Numbered from the stretch's first letter, positions 14,891-31,966 are shown. The stretch is DNA of 64,000 nucleotides from the human T2T-CHM13v2.0 reference genome, Homo sapiens (GCF_009914755.1 NC_060925.1), one strand, 5' to 3'. The notes: generated by a model not told the origin, from the letters alone. A program made the numbers and translations.

Positions 14891-15411
14891 TCCCGCCCCA
14901 AAAAGTTGCAGGATTTTATATAAAAGGTTTGTATTTAGCTTCTTTTGAAAAACTGGAAGCTTTGGCAATACTAGGTCCATGTTCTCACTTGGAAGCATCT
15001 GGAAGCGGAGTAGCAATTGCTCCCTTGAAATGGGGCATATGCTTACCTAGTCCTTCGCTTATTTCTGTCACTTCCTTAGTCAGTGTAAATGTATGAATTC
15101 GTGATTACTGGTGTGGAACTTTAAAAAGTGCATTTCACACTTAATAACCTTTTCATGTTGATCTCTTATCAGTCCTGTAAGCTGGGCGTACATCACTCTT
15201 TTCCAGATAGAGTTTCTGACTAGCTTAAGGTCGTATGACTGGGAAAGTGGTTTGGCATTTGAAAACAGGACTTCAAGGCCAGTGATTCCCTGCTGAAGCA
15301 CTCTGTCTTCTAGTTAGTCTTTCTGTTGAAAGTCCGCCACAGTCTGTACCTAACTCAGCTGGTGAGAGCGTTGCATACTGAAACTGTGGTCCCACATTGG
15401 TGGTCTTGTGA

Positions 15412-15633
<222 letters not shown>

Positions 15634-16247
15634 TAGTTTTTCTCAATATGGAATAATTCTGTATGTATTGTCATAATGGTACCGAGTAATTATGAATTCC
15701 TCATTGCAGCTTTCTCGGTTATGAAAAAACGATGGTTCCAAATGCATTTCCTGTTGGTAGATTAGTTGAATTATTCTCCATGTGAAGAGTATTATTTGTT
15801 CCCAGTACACTACAGCAGTTTCACATAAACAGTTGGACAGACCCTGGAGAGTGAAACATCCAGGCAAGCTAGAAGCTGACAGATGAAGGCCCAGAGGGAC
15901 CCTTGACATCCTTTGGGGATATACAGCCTTCTTAGACTTCTGATGGGTCATGGGAATGATAACGGATTCAGAATATGTTAAACATGTGGTATTGTTACTT
16001 CTCATGCCGTTCCTATGAACAAGATCATCTCTTTGGAACTGGAAAAGTAAGATCCAAGGCACAGTGACACTAACTCCATTTTGAGGAGTCTATTAACAGA
16101 ATCAACAAGAAAACTCAGAATGAAAGTTATTCTCCTTATGGGACTTAGATATATTTTTGATTTTGCTCGTTATCTCGAACTTATATACTTTTGTAAAATG
16201 GAAGAGTTGTGTTTCACATCTTGCTTGCTTTCTTTTCTCTCTTTTAG

Positions 16248-16460
16248 ATTTGACTTCAAGAAATGCAAACTGCTCTATGAAAGTTTTTCCAACCAAACCA
16301 AGTCCATTAACTTGGTTTCCCATTCCATGATGGCTTTTGACACCCGTTATGCTGGGCAGAAGACCAGCCCTGGCATGACGAATGTGTTCAGCTGTATCTT
16401 TCAGCCCGCTAAGAACAGCAGCACCACCCAAGGGTCCATTCAGATTGAACTACATTTCAG
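16248..16460 (+). CDS. VPS13D: VPS13D exon F, 213 nt, phase 2-2 (FDFKKCKLLYESFS...IELHFR)
   Basis: long pyrimidine tract + tag, CAG|gtagca donor. Confidence 0.94.
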
Positions 16461-16934
16461 GTAGCAGGTCCAGACCCTTCTCTGCCTTTCTTTGTGGAGA
16501 CATTCCCTTTTGGGTCACGTCTTTGTTGGCTTTAGAACATCAAAAAACCAAGGAATCACTAGACAGATAAATAGATAATGGCTTAATCAGTGCAGTGTAC
16601 TGTATATTAATGCATTATTCCTATAATCTTGCAGTTTCATTTATTGGCCAAAAGATGTCTCTGTTGCCTTTAAAAATAAAGTAGTTAAGAATTGAGCCTT
16701 AAAATCAATCTCCTTGTAAGCTGTAGACTGTTTTAATTTGTAAAGTGGCTTGGAGAAGGAAGAAATTATGCTGGTTTAAGGAAAAAAGTAAAAAGACTTT
16801 TGGTCTTTACAAATAATGGAAGGGAAGGTGGGTTTGACTTGAATTACCCATTCAAGTCTTACTGACTCATTATCCATGTATACATAGTTTTTACCTTTTT
16901 GAATTAGGTTATATTTTTCTTTCTGGTATTATGG

Positions 16935-17150
16935 GAGGCAGTGTTCTATATAGAAAGAACATATATTTTGGAATCAGACAGATCTGGGCTGAAAACCTTG
17001 CTCTCCTATTATCTAGCTATGTGTCCTTAGACAAGTTGTTTAGCCCCTTTGAGCCTCAACTTCCTCTTATATAAAATAGAAAATTACCTATACCCACCTC
17101 ATGGGGTAGAGGTAATAATTAAAGTAATTCTGGCATATTGCTTGGCACAG
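16935..17150 (+). mobile_element. MIR remnant
   Basis: tagctatgtgtccttagacaagtt...gagcctcaacttcctc core. Confidence 0.75.
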
Positions 17151-17866
17151 TTGGCAGCTGTCATTGTTATGCTGATATAACATGTTGTTTTATGATATAC
17201 CATTTGCTGATGTTATGGCTGAACATAGACCTTAAAACTGAAAAATTAGGCCTGGTCTAAAGAAGTCTTTCAGTGAAAACCCAAAAAGGAGACCCTCCCT
17301 TCTGTTAGTGCTTCATGTCATCAGACATGTTGTAAGTATAAACCACTAAGTAAAAAGATTGTGAAAAACTTTGTGTTTAAGCAAAAAACAGAACAAAAAG
17401 TCATCAGGATTATTCTTACATGTTTCTGTATGCCTGACATTTCAATGTGCTGTTCAGAATTCCCCAGGGTTTAGGTTTTGTTTTGTTTTTCGAGAGAGGT
17501 CATGATTTCTTCATATGCCTTTAGGAAATCTAGCAGAGTAGACATTTACATTTTTTTATGAACTTTAAAAGTTCAGGAGTAGGAATCCTAATTGCCTCTT
17601 ATTGGGCCCTGCCATGAGCCAGGCACTTTAGCTACGCTCAGTATAATCCTGACAAGTCTGCAGAGGGGATGACTTCTTCCTCATTTTGCAGTTTCCAAGT
17701 TAGAAACTTGGATAAGGGTTAGTTCACTCTTCTAAGGTCACACAGCTCGTAGGTCAAGAAATCAGAGCTCAAACCTGGGTATGTGATGTTAAAGCCCATG
17801 ATGTTTCCAACAGTCTTTGGACCTATCAGGTGTCTCGTCATTGGGCTGATTGCAGTCATGTGATAA

Positions 17867-18247
<381 letters not shown>

Positions 18248-19549
18248 GAGAAACATTTCTTTTTGAGTTTACTTTATTATTATTGATCTGGCTTCTTAGA
18301 CTGTCAGGTAGTTGTCTCCTTCTTATCATATTTTTAATATACAGGGAGCCTGGAAATATTTGTGTATTATAGGTGTATAATTGGAGTCAAATAATAAAGC
18401 CTTACCTTGGCTCTTGCTAACAGAAATACTATTGTTAGCAAGAGGAGTGAAATGTTCTTTAGATGGGAATTTTTGAACGCCTTTCGTGTCTGAAGAAGAA
18501 TTACTCTTCTGTTGGGATCTTGTGTGTCAAATATAAATCACTTCACAGTGTTTAAAGGCTTGAAATATTTTCCAGAAAAGGGATCCAACACACTGTGACT
18601 TTCCAGTTAAATACAGAACTCTGACAATCTATGTTCAAAATGGGGTGGAAAAATTTTACTGAGGGCAACATTTTTTCTCCATTACACAAGAGTAGAGTGT
18701 TTCTGTGAAAAATGCTGTGTCTGTAAGAAGGAGCCATGCATCATGCTGCCCTTTTACTAGAGGCAGTGAGCCAGGTTTAGGGGAAATGAGGAGCAGAGAA
18801 ACCAGCCTCAGAAATATTTCCAAGTTAGCTTTTCCCACATAGGAATACCTTTTATGTCAGGGAACCAGGTACATGTAGTAGCTACAACCCCAGAGTCGCT
18901 TTTGGGCTTACGGAACCAAGTTCAACCCAGAAAACCGCATTCAAGTGCTCCAGCCCCTGTTTCTCTTGTCCTACTCATCTGAGGCCTTATCCATTAGTAG
19001 GCTGGGCCTGCTGATGTACTAATAGGGCCTGGATGAAGCCCCTGACTGCATCATGGTTTGAAGTCAGGCCTGAGAGTCCTCGCTGGGTTTTCACGTCAAA
19101 TGTAGACTTCGGAGCAATGGCAACTTGTCCCCCCACCCCCACCCCAACTCTACCTCTAGGTTACTTAGGGGACATTTATCCCTGGTAAATGTCATCTTAC
19201 TTGTTCTCCTCGGGCCAAAAGATCTGGGCTGTCAGGTCAGTTTCAATTAGAGAAACAATCTAGTACTAGTGTGTGTAAACTTGGTATTATTTATAAAGAA
19301 ATGATCCTAGACGTCAAAGAAGGAGTGCCTCATTGATCTTCTTGAAATAGCCCATAGGGAAAGAAAGTGACATTTATCAAATGACTGCTTTGTGCCTGGT
19401 GCTTTATTTCTTATCATATTAATATTCTTCATTTTATAAGTAGGGAAACAGGCTGAGAGAAGGTAGGTGGCTTTCGTAAGATAACACAGCTCGTAAATGG
19501 CAGTATTTAAGTCTGCGTCTCTGACTTCAAAGCCTGTGCTCTTTATCAT

Positions 19550-19941
<392 letters not shown>

Positions 19942-20204
19942 AGCTATACTACCTATGCTGCTTTCTTATAAAATGTTCCTTGTTGTTTAAAAATATGATT
20001 AACTTATTATACTGAATGTGTTATTAAACCAGTAATACACTGAATGTGTTATTCAACCAGTGTTCAAAGTTTACTGATACTCAAAGCAGGCAGTTTGGAA
20101 AATACCGGAATACCACCTGCCAAAACTGAGCAGTACATTTGCAGGTTATTGAAATAACCATGTTTCTTTTTTCCTATTTATTTTCTCCTGTCTTCTTTTT
20201 ATAG

Positions 20205-20470
20205 ATCTACCAAGGATTCCTCCTGCTTTACAGTAGTTCTCAACAATCTCCGTGTGTTTCTCATATTTGACTGGCTACTGTTAGTCCATGATTTTCTCCA
20301 CACTCCCAGTGATATTAAGAAACAAAATCATGTTACTCCTTCTCGCCACCGTAACTCTAGCAGCGAATCTGCTATAGTTCCCAAAACTGTGAAGAGTGGA
20401 GTAGTTACCAAGCGGTCTTCCCTTCCTGTGTCCAATGAAAGGCACCTGGAGGTCAAGGTCAATGTAACAG
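20205..20470 (+). CDS. VPS13D: VPS13D exon G, 266 nt, phase 2-1 (STKDSSCFTVVLNNLRVFLIFDWL...VKVNVT)
   Basis: ttttatag acceptor, CAG|gtgatt donor. Confidence 0.94.
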
Positions 20471-21629
20471 GTGATTATATGTGGGTGTGATTCATTGGTG
20501 CTTAGTTTGGATGTTAGGCTCAATATCTGCCTTACAGGATGATTGCTCTTTTGCCTCCCATTTTTCACGTGAGCACTTACACATTTGCCTCTTTTACAGA
20601 CCTGCAAGCATCAGAGGTCTTGGCCTCCATTTTCAGGTGGGAGCTGTCTGGCCCACTGAAGACTGCGGGGTCGCTTGTCCCTGTCCCCTGCCTGCCTAGT
20701 GCTTGTGTCTGGCCCGAGCACCCGCCTGGGCAGTGGTCTTTTTTTTTCCAGTGTACAGTCTGTCTGTAATTTGCCGTTTGATCTTTAGGGCCCTAACAGA
20801 TGTGGTTTATGGAGTTTAGGCAAGTTTCGTATGTGAAAACCTCAGTTTTGAAGATAAGTAAGTGAGGAGATTTTTATTTTCATTACAAAAAGAATATTTT
20901 TCTTTGTATAGATGAATTTACTATGGCATTTGTTGACTAGCGAACTCATCTAGTGCATCTGTATGTATTTGTGTATTTATTGTTATGTTTCTGATACCTG
21001 TACCTGCTTCTCAGTGATTTTGATGAAGCTGGCTAGCACAATGCGTTTTACATGAGTTCAGTTACAAGCTTGATCTGTATATGGTTTTTGATAAAAACAC
21101 AGTTTAAAGCAGAGTGAATTTACTATTAAATATATACACATAAGTTGAAAACTTACTGATTTCAAAAATCTCGATATTAAATTGGTCTGTTCTTTGTAAA
21201 CAACCTTGTAAATAGCTACTTAGATGCATAGTGCCTGACCAGCATTAGTAGCTGAGTCTTCTCCCTGGAATTTTCAGTCAGGTCATCACTTAGAGAAAGG
21301 ATGATTTTGTGAACTTCTGAATATCTCCTAGGCCTCCCAGGAGAACTGGGGTGCAGTTTCTCTGTCTAGTTTAGAAATATTCTAAAGAGAGAAATCACAT
21401 CCCAGTCTTTCCTGCTGCTGCAGAGCTCTGTTGGTTCAGCTGCATGTGGCCAGATGCAGAGTATTGGTTCAGGATGACACTGTTAGTAAATGTCAGCAGA
21501 CATTTTGGAGAAAAATCTTACTGGTTCATGTTGTTGCCTGGTGGAAATGCGCTCGCTGCCTTGTTTGCAACAGCCTGGTGTTTTCCAGCTTCCCAGCTCT
21601 GGCTTGATTGACGACGTTGTCCTTTCCAG

Positions 21630-21763
21630 GTACGGAGTTTGTGGTCATTGAAGATGTGTCCTGCTTCGACACCAATGCCATTATTCTGAAAGGCACCACA
21701 GTGCTCACCTATAAGCCCCGGTTTGTTGATCGCCCCTTTTCAGGAAGTTTGTTTGGCATTGAG
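21630..21763 (+). CDS. VPS13D: VPS13D exon H, 134 nt, phase 1-0 (GTEFVVIEDVSCFDTNAIILKG...FGIE)
   Basis: cctttccag acceptor, GAG|gtaaga donor. Confidence 0.94.
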
Positions 21764-23941
21764 GTAAGAAGTCTATGTGTTGATCACAGCACTGCGTGTT
21801 GGCTCACGAGCAAAGCATCTGGAAGAGAATTTTCCCTCTTAAACTTTCATGAGGGGAAGGAATTAATGAAATTGGAAGACCCTTGCCCTCTTTTCCTCTT
21901 TGTTTTCTCCCCAAATCTACCTGGCTATTCTAATGCATGGATTCAGTCTCCCAGTGTTAGTCTATAAATATGCAGAGGACATTTGCCTCTTTCTCTTACA
22001 CCCTTTCTTCCTCAAGAAGTTCAAGGAGACTTTTCCAGTCCCCACTGCCCTGTCAGGCACCTTGTTGTGCCCTCTCGTTCTGCAGACCTCGTCCATGAAG
22101 GTGAGGCCGTGGGTCTCATTTCCCCTGCATCCCTCTCCTCACCTGGAGTGCAGCCCTGTGAAGAGCTAGGGCTTTGGGAAGGGAAACCTATTTATACAGA
22201 GTGCTAAGGATCTTATATGTTATCCTTTCAGGAATACCTGATCCATAAAAGGGCAGCTCTGCAGAGTCCTGCCTGGCTGAAAGGAGCGCATGGATAATAG
22301 TGGTGCTTTAGGCTCTCATGTCATCTCATGAAGAAGATAATTTGTGTTGGAGTGGCCTTTGTAGCTCGGAAATGTCATTATGCAATATTAGGCCAAAAGT
22401 GCTTTGTCTCTTGTTAAGCCATGGGGTGTGGAGACAGAAGGGGAATCGTGGCAGGTTCTTGTTTCTATCAGATGTTTGTACTTGACTCATCTCAGCTCAC
22501 ATTCCCCATGCCATACTGTTAGGATATTTGGTCGGGGTTCCTTTTGCTTTACGATCGGCCTTTTCATGCCCCTTTCTTTCCAGTGGTATTGCTCAAAGTT
22601 TGAAGGAATAAAACTTATTTTCACTGTTAGGAGTATATGGTTTATGGTTTTGAGACAAACATAGTGGAATAAAGCCTGTAGGGACTCTACTTCTTGACCA
22701 CTTGTTTCTGTCTTGTAAAGAAACCTCCGTTTGAGAGGAAGGATTTGCATGCTGGTGTGATGTGAGTTGATCATGAAATTGCAATTCATCTGCCTTCCAA
22801 GCCACCACAATACTAGCTTTGAATGGAGAATCTTGCTGATTGATTAATGAACTGTCAGGTACAATTGGGTTTTGTGTAGCAGAAACCCCTGAAGGAAAAA
22901 GGAAAATGAAACTGTTCTGCTCTGAAGTCTTAGGACAACTACATGGCAAAATATTTGAGATCGCTGGAAACTCCTTTCAGTCCTGCCTTTGAGGCAGCAC
23001 AATTGGATCTGAATTTTAAGACCAGCTTGATAAATCATCAGGGGAGAATTTATAAAGTATGAATTTTGAATATGGCAAAGGACCTTGCTGTCACATGTTT
23101 TTCACAGCACTAGGATAGGTCCCAAAAAGGTGGTGGAGGGGGTGAAGAGGGTAAGAAGGACCCAAATGATTGGTCTTTTCTTTCCGCTGTGCTCTTCCTG
23201 AGCATGCAAAATAATTTGGTCCTAGAACTGGAGTCCTTTCTCTCTCTCTCCCTTCTTTCTCTCTCCCAATGAATGTATTTATTTTTTAACCTTTTATTAT
23301 AGAACATTTCAAACATATACAAAGTAAACAGAATAATATAATGAACTCCATATATACCTATCACCCAGTTTTAATAATATGTTTATTTTTAATTATGAAG
23401 ATATTGTGAGGAGGGAAAATAATCATATATGATTTCTGATAGGTTATTTTGGTGTGTTTCTTTCCTTAAAGTTGGGGAGTAACATTATTTTGGGTTGTGT
23501 TTTCACTTTGTGTTGTAACTGTCTTCTTAAAATCCATATGGTCTTTTTTGTCATTTTTAAATGGCTGCAAATATTCCATTGAGTAGATGTGATATAACCT
23601 TGGCTGCTCTTAATTTTTTTTAACTATTAAATAATGGTTTAGTGAATTTTTTTCTTTTTTGGCTAGTTCCTAGAGAGAAGTAGGATTACTGGATCAAAGG
23701 GTGTGAGATTTGTAAGGCTTTCGGGGTGTATTGCTAAACTGCCTTTTCCTCTGGGTGAACCACTGCGTGTGCTCTCGGCAGCGGTGGGGGGCTTCACTCT
23801 TCACAGTATTTATTTCAGCAGTTGTTATGGGTCTTATGATAACACATGGCTGACTGCTTCTGAGATAGCCTCTTTGTGCTGGTAGTTGGACCCTTCCTAA
23901 ATCAGACATTAATTCTCGCCATATTGCATTTCATTCTGTAG

Positions 23942-24097
23942 GTGTTTTCATGCCGACTAGGGAATGAGCATGATACAGCTCTTTCAATTGTGGATCCCGT
24001 ACAAATTCAAATGGAGTTGGTGGGGAATTCTTCTTATCAAAATAGTTCAGGATTGATGGATGCATTCAATAGTGAAGATTTCCCACCTGTCCTGGAG
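23942..24097 (+). CDS. VPS13D: VPS13D exon I, 156 nt, phase 0-0 (VFSCRLGNEHDTALSIVDP...PPVLE)
   Basis: ttctgtag acceptor, GAG|gtaatg donor. Confidence 0.94.
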
Positions 24098-24128
24098 GTA
24101 ATGATGCAAAATCTGTGCAATACGTTGA

Positions 24129-24452
<324 letters not shown>

Positions 24453-24673
24453 TACATGGTGCAGTTTTGTGACCATTTGACCTCATAGTTGAGACATCTT
24501 ACCTTACGGTTATTAGTGCTTACTTTCAAGATCTTTGCAATCTTTTAAATGAGAAATTTGGTGCAGTATCTGTTGGACTTTTAGAAGTTGAAATAGGAAT
24601 TACATCTGTAAGAGATATGGATGTAAAACCAATGCAGCTTTAAAAAATTGCTACCTTTTTTACATTTTGTTAG

Positions 24674-24884
24674 ATTCAGTTACAAGCCCTGGATATCAGA
24701 CTCTCCTATAATGATGTTCAGCTGTTTCTTGCCATTGCAAAATCCATCCCAGAGCAAGCTAATGCTGCAGTGCCAGACTCAGTGGCCCTGGAGTCAGACT
24801 CCGTTGGCACTTACCTTCCAGGTGCATCTCGCGTTGGAGAGGAAATCAGAGAAGGGACAAGACACACCTTAGATCCTGTCTTGG
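24674..24884 (+). CDS. VPS13D: VPS13D exon J, 211 nt, phase 0-1 (IQLQALDIRLSYNDVQLFLAIAKSIP...LDPVL)
   Basis: ttttgttag acceptor, TGG|gtaggt donor, VPS13 RLSYND motif. Confidence 0.94.
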
Positions 24885-25197
24885 GTAGGTGTTTAACTAT
24901 AAAACCCACTCAGTCTTGCTAATAACGCTTCTTCTTTTTGACTCTTAAAATTTTCTTTTGCACAACTAAATTGTACACAGTTTAATTGTATGTCATTAAG
25001 TATAACTGTAAGTCCTAAGTATGACTCTCTCATTTTTTAAAATTTAAAAACAAACAAAACATCCCTAACCAACTACTCCACTATTTTTCCTCTTTCAGTT
25101 TTTTCCAGAGTTACCTGGATAATGCCAAAGTTGAGTTTTAAGCTTTGAGAGTTCTCCTCTGAAATTATATGAGTAACACTAAGTTTTATTTTTAAGC

Positions 25198-25515
<318 letters not shown>

Positions 25516-25843
25516 TCTAATTTTAAGCTGTTTCAAACACAGTCAGGGGAAAATGTAGGGGCCAGATGGTGGAATGAAGGGGCCAGATGCGAAATAGACC
25601 TTCCCCCCCCACCCCAATTCCTGGCCAGGACACCACTTTAAAAACACAGTCAATATGAGGAAGAGACTCAAAGATTTCAGGGTACACTTGATAGAATTCT
25701 CCAATTAGGAGTCCAGTTTTGCTTAGAGAAATGAAATGTTTTAGTCACGGGTTTTTAAATTTCTTTTCTTTTTTTCTAAAATTAGTTTGTAGATTAATTT
25801 ACATAAAATTATTTATGAAAATTTTATGCTATTTGTTTCCTAG

Positions 25844-25918
25844 AGTTACAGCTGGCTAGGCTGCAGGAGCTGGGATTCAGCATGGATGATTGTCGCAAAG
25901 CTCTTTTGGCGTGTCAAG
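25844..25918 (+). CDS. VPS13D: VPS13D exon K, 75 nt, phase 1-1, N-terminal part of UBA domain (ELQLARLQELGFSMDDCRKALLACQ)
   Basis: gtttcctag acceptor, AAG|gtaatt donor; UBA LxE(M/L)GF...AL signature. Confidence 0.94.
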
Positions 25919-26082
25919 GTAATTTGAACAGGGTTCTGTTACCCGTTGTTTATCTTGATGATATGCTTCCTTCCCATTTCCTCTCTTACTTCCACAAGGT
26001 GACTTAGAGAGCTGAGTGTGTTTGGAGGACGCTTTATGTGTCTTCTCTGGACTGCATATCATCTTAGGTCAGTAATAATAAC

Positions 26083-26326
26083 GTCACCCAGGCTGGAGTG
26101 CAGTGGCGCCACCTCAGCTCACTGCAACCTCCACCTCCCCAGTTCAAGCCATTCTTCTGCCTCAGCCTCCTGAGTACCTGGGTTTATAGGCATGCGTCAC
26201 CACACCTAGGTAATTTTTGTATTTTTAGTAGAGGTGGGGTTTCACCATGTTGGCCAGACTGGTCTCGAACTCCTGACTTCAAGTGATCTGCCCGCTTTGG
26301 CCTCCCAAAATGCCGGGATGACAGGC
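26083..26326 (-). mobile_element. Alu, tailless and truncated
   Basis: starts abruptly at gtcacccaggctgg. Confidence 0.9.
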
Positions 26327-26363
26327 AGCAGTCTTTAGTAGTGGATAAGAATTTGGGTTCTGA

Positions 26364-26650
26364 GGCCAGGTGCGGTGGCTCATGCCTATAATCCCAACAC
26401 TCTGGGAGCAGAGGCAGATGGATCGCCTGAGGTCAGGAGTTCAAGACCAGCCTGACCAACATGGCGAAACCGCATCTCTACTAAAAATACAAAATTAGCT
26501 GGCGTGGTGGCTCATGCCTGTAATCCAGCTACTCAGGAGGCTGAGGCAGGAGAATCGATTGAACCTGGGAGGCGGAGGTTGCAGTGAGCCAAGATCATGC
26601 CCCTGCACTACAGCCTAGGCAACAGAGCGAGACTCTGTCTCAAAAAAAAA
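26364..26650 (+). mobile_element. Alu inserted in a MIR (MIR about 26335-26870)
   Basis: sense dimer; MIR continues ctctggagc...ctgccacta. Confidence 0.92.
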
Positions 26651-27219
26651 GGGGCTCTGGAGCTGGCTGACTGGGTTCAGATCCTTACTGTCTGCCACTA
26701 CCTATTAATGACTTTGGGAAGTGGCTTTAACCTCTGTGAACCAGTGCTTCCTTATCTGTAGAAAGAAGATAAGAGGCTGTCTCCCTCAGAGATTTGATGT
26801 AAGTAAATGACTATATGCAAAGCACTAAGAAAGTGCTAGCACACAGCAAGTGCTCTATAAATGTTAACCACTGTTACTAGTGGTTGTGCTAATGGCGGTG
26901 ATATTGATAATTATGACCATTTATTGAAGTCCTGTATGCCTATCTTTGTGTTTTCTTTTTGCATCCTCTTCACAGCCCTTGGAGGCAGACATTATTATTC
27001 CCACTTGAAATGAGGAAACCAGCTCAGATTGGTTAGGTAAAACTTCTTAAGTAAACTTGGTGGAGGTCACATCTTAGTCCCCTACGATGGACTTAAAGCC
27101 AGGTCTACCTGCCTCCTAAATCTGTGTTCTTTCTACTCCATCTCACTTCCTTTCCATCTCCATGTTTCCCTTTCTCTTCAAAAAGAGAAGTACAGCACAG
27201 GCTGCATTTCCTTCCATCT

Positions 27220-27694
<475 letters not shown>

Positions 27695-28460
27695 CTCTTT
27701 CTACTTCTCTACCTACTGTGGACAGTATATCCAACACACACACATGCACACATTACATTTTTAATGTACTGGTAGATTCTGTTGCCAATACAATTTTATA
27801 GTCTTTTAAAAATATTTTATTGAATTATGATTGTAATTCTGTTATGATATACTTAATATATCAGCAGCATCTTCCCATGTCATTGAAATTATTTATCAAT
27901 ACTGATCTTTTTACATTGACTCTAAGGATATATTATAATTTACTTAATCATTCTTTACTTGTTATTCAATATTATACACACTTCTATGTAGTAAACATTT
28001 TTTGGTGTGAACTTTTGTCTATGTCTTTTAAGTATATCCTTGGTAGAGTGATCTATATTTTAAATACCAGACCAAAGGGTATAGATATATTTTTCAGGCT
28101 CTTTACTTGATTTCTTTTTTTTTTTTTAATTTTTCTTTTTTAAAATTTTTTTTGGGGCTCTTGAATCGACAAATCTTTTTCTAAAAAAATTGTATCTGGG
28201 TTATTCCAGCCAATTTATGTGTGAAAAGGCTTGTTTCATGACATACTGGTTTACATTAACTTACCTTTTGGATTCTGAAAAAAATGAAGGTAGACCTAGT
28301 TCTCATGTGTTCTTGGTTTTGTTTTACCCAGTCATTAGTTTTTGGTTTAATTAATTTTATACCCCTTAATGTTTACTTTTCCTATGCTTTTTACTCTTTC
28401 TTTAACAATTCGAGCACCTTTTTTTTTTTTTTTAATTAAAGTTCTGAGAACCTTTTGGAT

Positions 28461-29080
<620 letters not shown>

Positions 29081-29785
29081 AGTAATTTTTATTTCTTCAG
29101 TAGATAAAACTTAATTCCATCAGTAATTAATATGATAATAGCAACTGATGTGTATCTGTAATGTAGATAATAGCAAATAATGTTTATTACACTCCAGGCT
29201 TCACTCTGAGAACTTTCCATGTACTCATTCTTCCCTCTTCCTGTCAGTCCTTTTAAGTGGGTGCTGTCGGGCACAAAGAGATCAAATAACTTGCCCAAGA
29301 GCCAGCAGCTGGTAAGGGCAGAACAGGACCTGAAGCCAGGCCATCTTGCTCTGGAGCCCATGCCCTCGATCATTTACACTGTCCCTGGTACTGGCCTCTG
29401 GTGACTTAGGTACCAAGTGGCGCCGTGTCTGGATCCTCTCCTGTCCTCTTCTCTCCTCTCCTTCAACAGATGGCATGGTAGAGAGGGATGGCTTCCTGGA
29501 GGCATTTTGGGCCAGATCGTGAAAGGTGTGGTAAATTTGAGTGGAAGGTGTGCAACAAAATGTTTGCTTAAAAGCAGGATGATTATTATGCTGAGATTCC
29601 CTCCCACCCCCCACCCCCACCACCCCCACCCTCCTTTTTTATTAAGTCCAAGAATACTTCTGGGATCAAGGCTCTCTTGGCTTCCCAGTAGGTCTCTAGA
29701 GAATTTTATTTCTCTGTTTCCTCTGTGAGTGGCTAGGGTAGCTGTGGAAGCTGGTAGAACTGATCACTTCTTAATTTCTTTGAAG

Positions 29786-29992
29786 GCCAATTGAAAAAGG
29801 CAGCAAGTTGGTTGTTTAAGAATGCGGAACCTCTGAAGTCTCTTTCCTTGGCCTCCACCAGCCGAGATAGCCCAGGGGCTGTGGCAGCGCCATTGATCTC
29901 TGGCGTGGAGATCAAAGCTGAGAGTGTGTGCATCTGTTTCATCGATGACTGCATGGATTGTGATGTTCCTCTCGCTGAACTCACCTTTTCCC
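29786..29992 (+). CDS. VPS13D: VPS13D exon L, 207 nt, phase 1-1 (GQLKKAASWLFKNAEP...FIDDCMDCDVPLAELTFS)
   Basis: ttctttgaag acceptor, CCC|gtgagt donor; UBA third helix (AASWL). Confidence 0.93.
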
Positions 29993-30497
29993 GTGAGTGT
30001 TGTACTGGTTTTCAGATTCATCTTGAATATTTCCAGTCATTGCTGAATTATTTGGGGCCTTTTTTTTTTTGTCATTCATACTCTATTTAGTCATTTGGGT
30101 GAAATTTAGATAATAGTTTTACATATGTTTTTCATTATGTATGTTTTAAAGAAACTTTTATTTGCCATATGTGGCCTTCAGCCTATAGCTTGGGAATAGG
30201 AATGGTCTTTGATAAAATTTCCATTGTATTAACATCTCTAGCTAAATAATTCCTGATCTCTTCATTTTTCTTATCTTTTTATGTATCTAAAGATTGTAGT
30301 GAATACTGCTAGGCATTTAACAGATAAGCTCAGACAATAATGGTTCTGTTGTATTATCTCTTGAAAATCAAAAACAAGAATCTTACTAGAAAGTGCACTT
30401 CTGAGTCTCCACCACAGGGCCTTGTAAGGGGTAAAACACTGTTTATATGTGAGCTGTCCTTTGCTAGAGTGGGGACCAAAGTAGGAGTACTCTATCC

Positions 30498-30975
<478 letters not shown>

Positions 30976-31334
30976 GAGGTTGAGGTTTTGAGGAGAGTAA
31001 ATGAAAATCTCCCTACTCTGTTTAGTTTTAACTTTCCATTGTTTCGATCTTGCCAGCCTCTTCTTCCTTCAGGTAAAGTTTGCTTCTGGGGCTTGAATCT
31101 GGCCTCTTGCACATTACAGAGCTTGCCCTTTCCCTGAGCTTCTATCTAGGGCACCACCAGGGCTACTTGGTTAAAAGTGACAACTGGAATTTTGACTGTT
31201 TTGATGAATATCTTTTCTGCAGAGACTAATTAGTTGATTTCTTATTTTTCTATGTCAATCTTAACATTTTGAGCTAATATTTATCAGAACATGACTTCTC
31301 TAATCAGTCTGCCCTCTTATCATTTTTCAGGTAG

Positions 31335-31650
<316 letters not shown>

Positions 31651-31696
31651 AGAAATATCTTTTATGTTCCCACAGGCTTCAGGTACACCTGGGTGC

Positions 31697-31855
31697 CAGG
31701 GCTGGCACTGTGGGAAGGCAAATGAGGTACTTGCCTCAGGCACAGAGTTTAAGAGGGTGCCAGAAAACTCAGTCATGGAGATAAATAATATCTCAGTGCC
31801 ATATTTTTAAAAATTGATGCAAAAAAGTACATGATGAACAAAGTATCAGAATGTT
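31697..31855. mobile_element. hAT-Tip100-type DNA transposon remnant (subfamily uncertain)
   Basis: cagggctggcact...gaggtacttgcctcaggcac...aaaactcagt...gataaataatat. Confidence 0.5.
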
Positions 31856-31966
31856 GTGTGCTCTCCTTTGCGAGTATTAGCTCTAATGTTTCTTTAATGT
31901 CATCAGCAAAAGGCAGTTTTGGTTGCTCCTGCCCTGCCGCTGCAGTAAGGTTTGCTTTCATTGCAG

